Assembly: GCA_963664405.1 (NCBI GenBank)
Contig: OY761158.1
Location: forward strand, 4,832,001 to 4,896,000
From: Thermoanaerobaculia bacterium
GTDB lineage: Bacteria > Acidobacteriota > Thermoanaerobaculia > Multivoradales > Multivoraceae
Length of the DNA: 64,000 nt
Direction of reading: 5' to 3'
In this document: piece by piece, positions 38,345 to 46,736 of the stretch
Numbering within the stretch: position 1 is the stretch's first letter
Layout: each line of letters starts with the position of its first letter
Program-made: the position numbers and the translations under genes
Notes under the pieces: generated by a model
What the model saw: the letters and a program-made list of their open reading frames with translations, nothing else
What the model was told of the DNA's origin: nothing
Databases searched by the model: none

Positions 38345-39508
38345 GTGAGCACCATCAGGCGCATTACCGTCCAGGCTTATACCTACGAGCTCGACGACTT
38401 CGGCCCGTCAATCGCTACGTATACAGCTGGGGTCAAACTGAAAGTAGGGAAGTTCGTCGTCACCATCGAGACCGACGACGGATTGAAAGGGAGCTATGCG
38501 CCGCACTTCGGGGCCACCGCGCAGGCGATGGCGCAGGTCCACGCGATGGCGCCAGGCTTGATCGGTCAGGACGCCGAGGAACGGGAGCGGATATTCGAAC
38601 GGCTGAAGATCGGTTTTCGGCATTTCGACAAGACGGGCATCTCGGCCTTGGATACCGCGCTGTGGGATCTTGCGGGTAAGAAGTACGGCGCATCGATCGC
38701 GCAACTCTTGGGCGGGTATCGGAAGAGCTTGCCGGTGTATGCGAGCACGACTCCAGGGCAGAAATCCCCCGGTGGGTTGGACAGCATCGACAAATACGCC
38801 GACTTCGCTGAAGCTTGCATGGAGCGCGGTATTCCCGCTTTCAAGATCCACGGCTTCTTCGACGGCAACGTGAAGAGCGAAATCGGCATCATGAAGGCGG
38901 TTCGCGATCGCGTCGGCGACGGGATGAAACTGATGACGGACCCGGCGTCTTCGCTGACATCTTTCCTGGATGCCGTGGAGGTCGGTCGGGCTTGCGATGA
39001 TCTCGGTTTCTTCTGGTACGAGGACCCCTATCGGGATGCGTCTTCGAGCGCTGTTGCCCACAAACGACTGCGTGACTTCATTCGCACGCCGATGTTGATT
39101 GCCGAGCACATTCGAGGATTCGAACAGAAAGCGGACTTCGTGCTGGCCGGCGGCACCGACATCATGCACATCGATCCCGAGTTGGATGGAGGCATCACCG
39201 GGACGATGAAGTTGGCGCATTTCTGCGACGCCATCGGGATGGAAGTGCAGCTCCATACCGCCGGTCCGATGCATCGCCACTGCATGGCCGCCATTGTGAA
39301 CACGCATTTCTACGAGCTCGGGCTGGTGAATCCAGATCGCGCATGGAACGGTCTTCAACCTCCCATTTATGCAGACGACTACGGCGATCGGATCGACACT
39401 GTCGACGCCAACGGATGTGTAACGGTTCCCACGGGCCCGGGACTTGGGGTGGAGTACGACTGGGACAAGGTCAACGCCTGGGAAACGGGACGGAGGGTTT
39501 TCGAGTGA
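38345..39508 (+). CDS. Mandelate racemase/muconate lactonizing (enolase superfamily) enzyme
   Basis: LDTALWDLAGK, LLGG, FKIH, LMTD, WYEDP, GGITG, PTGPGLGVE. Confidence 0.92.
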   Translation: MSTIRRITVQAYTYELDDFGPSIATYTAGVKLKVGKFVVTIETDDGLKGSYAPHFGATAQAMAQVHAMAPGLIGQDAEERERIFERLKIGFRHFDKTGISALDTALWDLAGKKYGASIAQLLGGYRKSLPVYASTTPGQKSPGGLDSIDKYADFAEACMERGIPAFKIHGFFDGNVKSEIGIMKAVRDRVGDGMKLMTDPASSLTSFLDAVEVGRACDDLGFFWYEDPYRDASSSAVAHKRLRDFIRTPMLIAEHIRGFEQKADFVLAGGTDIMHIDPELDGGITGTMKLAHFCDAIGMEVQLHTAGPMHRHCMAAIVNTHFYELGLVNPDRAWNGLQPPIYADDYGDRIDTVDANGCVTVPTGPGLGVEYDWDKVNAWETGRRVFE

Positions 39509-40983
39509 AGAAAAGAACTGTGTTGCTCGTCTGTCTGGCCGCACTCCTCGTCGGGTGCGCGGCCGAGCCGGAGCCGATCACCATCACTAACGGGCAAGGT
39601 GAGATGGCCGGCGAGGTGACCGCCGACAGTGTCATCCTGCAGTCGCGCCTGACCACCGAGAGGGTCATCGTCGATGGCGACGTACCTGGAGCGCCAGGTG
39701 TGGCGCGCTTCGAGCTGGCGACGTCGGAGGACTTCGCTCACGCCACCGAGTCGCCGTGGCTCGAGGCAACCGCCGAGCAGGACTTCATCGTCAAGACCGT
39801 CATGGACGGGTTGGCTCCGGGCACGCGGTACTACTACCGTCTCCGGTACGGACCGAGCCAGGGCAACACACGCCTCGGGGCATCCCGATCGTTCAGCACG
39901 CTGCCTGGCGCCGACGGCGTCACCGAGGTGAACTTCGTCGTGGTCACCGGCATGAACTACGCCCGGTTTCATGGCACCGATCCACGGGCCGGCTCGCCCG
40001 AAGACAAGGCGTTGGGCTACCCGGCGCTCGAAACGATTCTGGAGAAATCGCCGGAGTTCTTTGTCGGCACCGGCGACAACGTCTACTACGACGTGCCGCG
40101 CGAGGAGTTCGAGCGCACCCAGCCCTTCATGCGCCGGAAGTGGCACGAGCAGCTGGTGCAACCGCGCTTCATCGATCTATTCGCTCAGGTGCCTACCTAC
40201 TGGGAAAAGGACGACCACGACTATCGATACAACGACTCCGACAACATGATCGACAACGAGCCCGACCCCTCGCCCGAGCTGGGCGCCGCGACATTCCTGG
40301 AGCAGGTGCCGGTGGTCGACCCGGATGACTCGAGCCCGGTCACCTACCGCACGCATCGGGTGTCGCGGGATCTGCAGATCTGGCTCACCGAGGGCCGCGA
40401 CTACCGCAGCCCCAACATGGCCCCGCCCGGTCCGGACAAGACCCTGTGGGGCGCGGAGCAACTGGCCTGGCTGAAAGCGACCTTGCTCGATAGCGATGCC
40501 ACCTTCAAGATCCTGATCTCGCCAACGCCGATGATCGGGCCCGACGACGCCAACCAGGCGGGGCCACAGGCAAAAGGCCACGATCCGTTCAAGCGCGACA
40601 ATCACTCGAACCCCTACGGGTTTCAGCATGAGCGGGACGCGTTCTTCGATTGGCTTGAGCAGAACGAGTTCCTCGACAAGCACTTCTACATCGTTGTCGG
40701 CGACCGTCACTGGCAATACCACTCGATCCACCCGCGCGGCTTCGAGGAGTTCTCGACCGGCGCGCTGGTCGACGCCAACTCGCGGCTGGGCCGAAACCCC
40801 GGCGACCCGGAGTCGAACGACCCCGAAGCGCTGATCGAACAGCCCTTCTCGTCACCCGAGCCGACCGGCGGCTTTCTCGAGGTCACTGTGACGCCCGGAG
40901 TCGCGCCGAGCGCCGCGTTCCGCTGGTTCGATGAACGTGGCGTGCTGACCTACGAGACGGTCAGAATCGCCGACGGCGTTTGA
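39505..40983 (+). CDS. phoD: Alkaline phosphatase D family lipoprotein
   Basis: LLVGC lipobox, TGDNVYYD, KDDHD, GDRHWQY. Confidence 0.85.
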   Translation: MKKRTVLLVCLAALLVGCAAEPEPITITNGQGEMAGEVTADSVILQSRLTTERVIVDGDVPGAPGVARFELATSEDFAHATESPWLEATAEQDFIVKTVMDGLAPGTRYYYRLRYGPSQGNTRLGASRSFSTLPGADGVTEVNFVVVTGMNYARFHGTDPRAGSPEDKALGYPALETILEKSPEFFVGTGDNVYYDVPREEFERTQPFMRRKWHEQLVQPRFIDLFAQVPTYWEKDDHDYRYNDSDNMIDNEPDPSPELGAATFLEQVPVVDPDDSSPVTYRTHRVSRDLQIWLTEGRDYRSPNMAPPGPDKTLWGAEQLAWLKATLLDSDATFKILISPTPMIGPDDANQAGPQAKGHDPFKRDNHSNPYGFQHERDAFFDWLEQNEFLDKHFYIVVGDRHWQYHSIHPRGFEEFSTGALVDANSRLGRNPGDPESNDPEALIEQPFSSPEPTGGFLEVTVTPGVAPSAAFRWFDERGVLTYETVRIADGV

Positions 40984-41022
40984 GCTCGGCGAAGCCGTCA
41001 CGGGCCCAGATCGATCAGGCGA

Positions 41023-42012
41023 TCAACTGACGCGCGGCTTGTATTGGAGCAGCATCTGCAGCTCGCCGGCCTCTTTGATCGGGTCAATGAAAGACTCTTC
41101 GTAGGCGCCTTCCGGGTCGGCACGAACCATACGATCCAACAAGACGGCGTCATCGCCGACCAGGATCCGCCAGCGCTCCGCTCGGACGCCCTCGAGAATG
41201 ATCTCAGCCGCCTCTTTGGCGCTGAGCGGGGCGTCGGCAATGAAGTCCACCGCACGCTGGTGGGCCGCCTCTCGGATCTCTGCGTCGGTCATCTCTTCCG
41301 CTGCCTGGCCCTGCTGGCTCATGCGCCGCCGGGTTGTCGCGACATCCGCCGCGGACATCTCCAGCGGGTCGGCCTTGCCCATGAGTCGTCCGCTGTTGGT
41401 GACAAGGTAGGTTCCGACGTGGCCAGGCATCGCCACCGATACTTTGACGTGGGGCGCGTTGAGGCGAAGGTCGACGACCAACGCTTCGCTGAATCCCTTG
41501 ACCGCGAACTTCGCCGCGCAGTAGGCGGTTTGCGCTGTGCTCGGGCCGAGACACGCCCAGAAACCGTTGACACTACTGGTGTTGACGATGTGGCCCTCGG
41601 CGCTGCGCACCAGAAGCGGCATGAAGGCGCGAGTACAGTGGTAAACACCACCCCAGCAGATATTGAAGGTCCTGTCCCAATCGCCGCGGTCATCGAGGAG
41701 GAAGCTGCCGGCTCCGCCGATTCCGGCGTTGTTGAAGAGCAGGTTGATGTGATCGGTCCCGTGCTCACGAGCGACAGCGTCACGAAACGCCAGCACATCG
41801 CCTTCGACCGAGACGTCGCACTCGTGGGCCGTCACTCTGACTCCGGCGCGTTTGTGATCGGCGCACAGGGCGGTCGTTTCGGTCATGTTCTCGACCGATA
41901 CATCGCACATCGCTATGTTGCAACCCTCGGCAGCCAGGAGCCGCGCCAGCTCGCGCCCCATGCCGCTGCCGCCTCCGGTGACCACCGCCAGCTTGCCGCT
42001 GAAGTCCTTCAT
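41023..42012 (-). CDS. SDR family oxidoreductase
   Basis: TGGGSGMG, NNAG, YCAAK. Confidence 0.92.
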   Translation of the reverse strand: MKDFSGKLAVVTGGGSGMGRELARLLAAEGCNIAMCDVSVENMTETTALCADHKRAGVRVTAHECDVSVEGDVLAFRDAVAREHGTDHINLLFNNAGIGGAGSFLLDDRGDWDRTFNICWGGVYHCTRAFMPLLVRSAEGHIVNTSSVNGFWACLGPSTAQTAYCAAKFAVKGFSEALVVDLRLNAPHVKVSVAMPGHVGTYLVTNSGRLMGKADPLEMSAADVATTRRRMSQQGQAAEEMTDAEIREAAHQRAVDFIADAPLSAKEAAEIILEGVRAERWRILVGDDAVLLDRMVRADPEGAYEESFIDPIKEAGELQMLLQYKPRVS

Positions 42013-42144
42013 AGCCGCTCCTCTCGAAGATGTCGCTCTACTGTACCTGGGCAGCCGCGTGAGGGGGGCTCGCTGCCGGGGTCTTGGCATGACCGCGGGC
42101 GTGACATAACCTGCCCGTACCGAAGATCAGCCTAGGAGATCCCG

Positions 42145-42576
42145 ATGACGGAGTACATTCCCAGCCCCAGAGATTTTGTGCGCGAGCATGTCGAGCGCTA
42201 CGAGAGCAGCGCCGGTACCCAAGGCGTGAGCCTCCGCGATGGCGGGCCGCCCTGCATCATCGTCACCCATACCGGCAACAAGAGCGGAGCCATCCGCAAG
42301 ACCCCACTGATCCGGGTCAAGGTCGGTAACAGCTACGTCCTGGTCGCGTCGCTGGGTGGGGCCCCGACGAACCCGGTGTGGGTGCACAATCTGCGCGCCG
42401 ATCCCAAGGTCGAGCTTCGCGACGCGACAGAGGTGCAAACGATGCGGGCGCGTGAGGTCGAGGACGAGACCGAACGAGCGCGGCTCTGGGAAGCTGCGGT
42501 CGCGGCATTTCCGCTGTACGAGGAGTACCAAGCCAAGACCACGCGAGAAATCCCCGTTTTCGTTGCGGAGCCGTAG
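42145..42576 (+). CDS. Deazaflavin (F420)-dependent nitroreductase family
   Basis: G.KSGAIRKTPL, VASLGGAP.NP.W..NL, YQAKT.REIPV. Confidence 0.9.
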   Translation: MTEYIPSPRDFVREHVERYESSAGTQGVSLRDGGPPCIIVTHTGNKSGAIRKTPLIRVKVGNSYVLVASLGGAPTNPVWVHNLRADPKVELRDATEVQTMRAREVEDETERARLWEAAVAAFPLYEEYQAKTTREIPVFVAEP

Positions 42577-43558
42577 TATTCGCATCGACTCCATCGTTGC
42601 GGTCGCCGCCGTCGCGGGTCTACTGGCCACAACCGATCTCGGCGCCGCGGGCTCTGACTCGGGCTCTCACCGGACGCCGTGGGGTGACCCCGATCTGCAG
42701 GGGATCTGGACCAACGCGACGCTCACGCCACTGGAGCGGCCGGCAGAGCTCGCGGGGAAGGAAGTTCTGACCGCGGAAGAGGCGGCCGAGCTCGAGCGGA
42801 CGACGGTCGAGCAACGCATCCGCTCCGACGGGACCTCGCCACCTGGCACGGTCGGCGGCTACAACCTGGTGTGGCGCGACGGGGGCACGAAAGTCGTGGC
42901 CGGGCGGCGCACTTCGCTCATCGTCGACCCGGCGGACGGGCGCATCCCCTGGCGGCCCGAGGCCGAGAGGGCATCGAAGAAGGAGTCCGCGCGCTACGGA
43001 GTGGGTCCCTACGACTCCTGGGTCGATCTCGACACTGGCGAGCGCTGCATCTCCGATGGCCTGCCGACGATGGTGCCGCTGCAGCCCTACAACATGAACT
43101 TCCAGATCTTTCAGGCGCCAGGGGTCGTTGCGATGCTGCACGAGATGTACCACGAGGTGCGCATCATCCCGGTCGACGGGCGGCCGCATCTACCCGAGAC
43201 CATCGACCAGTGGCTGGGCGATCCCCGCGGCCGTTGGGAGGGCGACACACTGGTCGTGGAGACGACGAACCTCGCCGACAAGCGCCACTACGTCTGGGCT
43301 CACCCGTGGCGAAAGGCACGCCCTAGCTACCGACTGGTCGAGCGCTTCACCCGGATCGACGAGGCGACGATCGACTACGAGTTCACGGTCGAGGATCCGC
43401 AGATGTTCACCCAACCTTGGACCGCGTCGGCACCGATGACCAACGACCAAGCCGCGCGCGGCGTCACCACCGGTGTGCTCTTTGAGTACGCCTGTCATGA
43501 GGGCAACTCGGCGGTGGCAAACATCCTCAGCGGTGCGCGGGCCCAAGAGCGCGACTGA
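42563..43558 (+). CDS. Conserved secreted hypothetical protein
   Basis: RTPWGDPDLQGIW, G..RGRWEGDTLVVET, EYACHEGN. Confidence 0.8.
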   Translation: MRSRSIRIDSIVAVAAVAGLLATTDLGAAGSDSGSHRTPWGDPDLQGIWTNATLTPLERPAELAGKEVLTAEEAAELERTTVEQRIRSDGTSPPGTVGGYNLVWRDGGTKVVAGRRTSLIVDPADGRIPWRPEAERASKKESARYGVGPYDSWVDLDTGERCISDGLPTMVPLQPYNMNFQIFQAPGVVAMLHEMYHEVRIIPVDGRPHLPETIDQWLGDPRGRWEGDTLVVETTNLADKRHYVWAHPWRKARPSYRLVERFTRIDEATIDYEFTVEDPQMFTQPWTASAPMTNDQAARGVTTGVLFEYACHEGNSAVANILSGARAQERD

Positions 43559-43566
43559 GTAGGGCC

Positions 43567-43977
43567 TTAGGAGGAGCCCTCTTTCGGCGGGAGCTCAGCG
43601 AATTGCGGCGCTCTGCCCCCGATGTGATCCCAGGGAGCCTTCGAGGCCACGAAGATATGCACGTCGATCTCTACTCCTGGATCACCGTCGATGCCGCCAA
43701 GTGCGACTCCATGCACTTCTCCCTGATGCGTTCCACACAGCGTCGTCCCACAACTACGACAGAAGCAGAGGCCCCATCCCGGACTGGACTCGAAGTGGGT
43801 GAGGTTCTCCTCGCCGCCGGTCCAGGAAAACGATTCGGGTACGACTTCGGCGTAGGCTGAACCGGCCCCACTGAACGCTTTCCGACAGCGAGAGCAATGG
43901 CAGCTTCTGCCGCTTCGAAGCGGCTTGGTGATGCGGTAGCGAACTCTGCCGCAGAAGCAGCCTCCTGTCTTAGGCAC
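43567..43977 (-). CDS. GFA family protein
   Basis: GGCFCG, CHCSRCRK, FCRSCG. Confidence 0.9.
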   Translation of the reverse strand: MPKTGGCFCGRVRYRITKPLRSGRSCHCSRCRKAFSGAGSAYAEVVPESFSWTGGEENLTHFESSPGWGLCFCRSCGTTLCGTHQGEVHGVALGGIDGDPGVEIDVHIFVASKAPWDHIGGRAPQFAELPPKEGSS

Positions 43978-44029
43978 GTATCTTCCTCCGTCCTGGGTCT
44001 CTCGTCATTGCGCCCTCCCTGCGATGAGA

Positions 44030-44425
44030 CTACCGCGGCTTGGCGTCGGCGGCGTCGGGTAGGTCTGGGTCGAGGTGCAGCCAGCACACCTTCTCTTCGC
44101 GGCGGTCGTGAAAGCCCGCCGGGAAGGCAGCGGGATCGTCGAAGATCCCAAGTGTTATGTAGATCCGCTCGGGGCGTGGCTTGTAGCCGAAGCAGACACT
44201 CGACCCGCAGGTCGCGCAGAAGCCGCGCCAGGCCCGCTCGCTGGAGTCGTATCGCGCGGGCTCCCGGCTCCACTGGACCTTGCCGCTCTCGAAGGTCGCA
44301 AACGTCGCCACCACTGCGCCGATCGCCTTGCGACAGTTGTTGCAGTGGCAGTGGGTGACTCGACGCGGTGGCCCTTCGGCCTCGAACCGGGTTTTGCCGC
44401 ACAGGCAGCCTCCGGTGACGGTCAA
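44030..44425 (-). CDS. GFA family protein
   Basis: TGGCLCG, HCHCNNCRK, FCATCG; TTG start overlapping upstream stop. Confidence 0.88.
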   Translation of the reverse strand: MTVTGGCLCGKTRFEAEGPPRRVTHCHCNNCRKAIGAVVATFATFESGKVQWSREPARYDSSERAWRGFCATCGSSVCFGYKPRPERIYITLGIFDDPAAFPAGFHDRREEKVCWLHLDPDLPDAADAKPR

Positions 44426-44852
44426 GGCTCGAGCTCGCTGATCAGGTTGGGGATCGCGCGGTCCAGGTTGCGGGCGTATATCGCCGCAAAGAGGCGACCA
44501 AACACGCCGGCGCCGAAGCCTTCGCCATCCAATACGAAGCCAATCTCCGACTCCTCGGGTCCGGTTCGCTTGAACTGGTGATCGTAATGGACGGTGAGCC
44601 ACAAGAATGGCCCCACCCACCTCCAGTTACTGCCTACGTTGAGCTCCTCCATTCGAAAGGTGGAGCGTATGCCGTTGGTCAGTCGCAGGGTGCCTTCCGA
44701 GTCGGACCCCAGGGGGCCAGGAGGGCGCAGAACGATGCTGCGGATGTGGCGAGAGCCCAACTCGGCCATTGCTCGACTCGTTCGAGATGTGCCCAGGCCC
44801 GCTCGACCGGCACTTTGACGGTGAAGCGGCGCTCCAGTAGCCGGACCAGCAT
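44422..44852 (-). pseudogene. SRPBCC/polyketide cyclase family, frameshifted near 44755
   Basis: VPVERAWAHLERVEQWPSWA in one frame continues as RHIRSI...PGPLG in another. Confidence 0.7.
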
Positions 44853-44860
44853 GCTCTCCT

Positions 44861-44956
44861 CTAGTCCAGGTCGCAGTGGCAGTGGGTGACTCGACGCGGC
44901 GACCCTTCCGCCTCGAACTGTGTCTTGCGGCACAGGCAGCCGCCGGTGACGATCAA
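44861..44956 (-). repeat. 5' stub copy of GFA gene (44340-44425)
   Basis: VTGGCLCRKTQFEAEGSPRRVTHCHC* versus VTGGCLCGKTRFEAEGPPRRVTHCHC. Confidence 0.9.
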
Positions 44957-45633
44957 TTTCGCCGTCCCATGATGCTCAAGATCCGCAGGAACAAATTGAT
45001 GACGTCCATATACAGAGAAGCCGCGCTATCGATGGCATTGTCCACCGTTTTCGGAATGGCGTTGGCACGGCCCCAGTCATAGCCGATGTAACCACAGAAA
45101 ATTGCGGCCACGACCCAGTCCAAGATTCCATGGCTCATCTTGAAGATGAAGACTTCGACCACCTGAACGATGATCACCACGATCAATGCGATGGTGAGCG
45201 CGCCGGCTATACGCTGAAAGAAAGCGGGGAAGAGCGTACCCAAGACCATCATGATGCCCGTCACCAGGCCGGTGACTCGAATGGCATCGCCTACGATCTC
45301 GGGGTTGTACTGGGCCACCATCATGTTGACGATGAACCCAAAGGGCACTACGACGAAGTTGTAGCCCGCAAAACTCACGGCAGGGTTGCTCGATTTGGTG
45401 AAGAGATACATGCCGAAGAAGCAGGACGCGAAGTAGCCAAGAATGAGGACCCAGCGATTGATCCCTGCGAGCGTGGACAGTGGAATGTTTCCGACCATCC
45501 ACCAGTTGACCGCAAAGCCCCAGCAAAGCGTGAGCCCGATGATCAGGTTGTAGACATTTTCCGAAATACGCTTGCCGGCGCTCTGCGATTCCGTTCGCGC
45601 AAAGACCCCACCCGCATCGGCTGTTTGTGACAT
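44953..45633 (-). CDS. Bax inhibitor-1/US12 family membrane protein
   Basis: Multiple TM helices, YIGYDW, SLYMDVINLFLRIL. Confidence 0.88.
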   Translation of the reverse strand: MSQTADAGGVFARTESQSAGKRISENVYNLIIGLTLCWGFAVNWWMVGNIPLSTLAGINRWVLILGYFASCFFGMYLFTKSSNPAVSFAGYNFVVVPFGFIVNMMVAQYNPEIVGDAIRVTGLVTGIMMVLGTLFPAFFQRIAGALTIALIVVIIVQVVEVFIFKMSHGILDWVVAAIFCGYIGYDWGRANAIPKTVDNAIDSAASLYMDVINLFLRILSIMGRRN

Positions 45634-45741
45634 GTTTTCAATCCTCCAGGGCCGGCTGTCTGCTGGGTGCCAGCCACCCGATTGTACGCCTGTCTCGCTT
45701 GACTTCCCGGTCTACAATGAGGCCAACGGGGATCGAACCGT

Positions 45742-46644
45742 ATGGAGCTACTCGAGGCGCTCACCGAGCAGGTCACGTTCATCAACTCTACGGTGATCCC
45801 GTGGGTGCTGCGCCTGGTCATGCTGGGGCTCGGCCTGTCGCTGACTCTGGCGGACTTCAAGCGGGTGGTGGTTTTCCCGAAGGCGGCCCTGATCGGCCTC
45901 ACGGCTCAGTTGGTGGGCCTTCCGCTGACGGCGTTCGCCCTGGCCTGGCTGTTTGATCCGGCGCCTACGGTCGCGGTCGGGCTGGTGATCCTGGCGATCT
46001 GCCCGAGTGGGGTGACTTCCAACGCCTACACCTTCGCATCGCGGGGCGACGTTCCTCTATGCGTCACGCTGGCGGCTACAACGAGTGTGATCACGGTGTT
46101 CACGATTCCGTTCTTGACCTTCTTGGCGCTGCAGGTCTTCCTCGGCCAAGACCAGAGGCCGGACCTGCCCGTGCTCTTCATGCTGAAGGAGCTGATGCTG
46201 CTGACGCTCGTCCCGATCGCCCTCGGCATGGCCGTTCGCGCTAAATGGCCCGAGGTGGTGAAGAAGGTGGAGGAGCCGCTGCGACGGATGGTTCTCTACC
46301 TGCTCTTCCTCGTGCTCGGGCTCGGTGTGCTCTCCAGTTGGGAGATCCTGGTCAACGAGATCGCGGGAGTGGGGCTCCTGGTCATCACGATGAATCTCCT
46401 GACCATGGGGCTGGGCTACGGGTTGGCCAGATTCTTTGGCCTACCCGCGCCGCAGGTAGTGACGATCACTTTCGAGGTCGGGGTGCAGAACCTCGCCCTG
46501 GCTTTCGCGATCACGTTCAACATTCTGCAGAATCCCGACCTCGCTGTGGCGGCGCTGGTCTATGCGGCGATCATGCCGGCAACGGCGCTGCTCTTTGTTC
46601 GCTTTGGGAGGAGATTGATCGCAGCGGAAGGTGAGCCGGGGTAG
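45742..46644 (+). CDS. Bile acid:sodium symporter family transporter
   Basis: MLGLGLSLT, CPSGVTSN, EVGVQN. Confidence 0.92.
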   Translation: MELLEALTEQVTFINSTVIPWVLRLVMLGLGLSLTLADFKRVVVFPKAALIGLTAQLVGLPLTAFALAWLFDPAPTVAVGLVILAICPSGVTSNAYTFASRGDVPLCVTLAATTSVITVFTIPFLTFLALQVFLGQDQRPDLPVLFMLKELMLLTLVPIALGMAVRAKWPEVVKKVEEPLRRMVLYLLFLVLGLGVLSSWEILVNEIAGVGLLVITMNLLTMGLGYGLARFFGLPAPQVVTITFEVGVQNLALAFAITFNILQNPDLAVAALVYAAIMPATALLFVRFGRRLIAAEGEPG

Positions 46645-46736
46645 CTGAGTCTTCACCCGTAGACCAGCCCTCCGCCACAGGCATCGGGCTAGAGCGTGGG
46701 ATAATGAACTATTGATTCAACAGAGGTTGGCTTAGG

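Noticed and set aside
45665-45685. gggtgccagccacccg as another GGTGCCACCC copy
   Set aside because: It needs a 4-bp insertion and has no flanking homology, so it is too weak to count.
16000-46000. Classical integron with attC sites
   Set aside because: No IntI or other tyrosine recombinase is present, I found no recurring RYYYAAC...GTTRRRY pairs after genes by eye, and the units lie on both strands.
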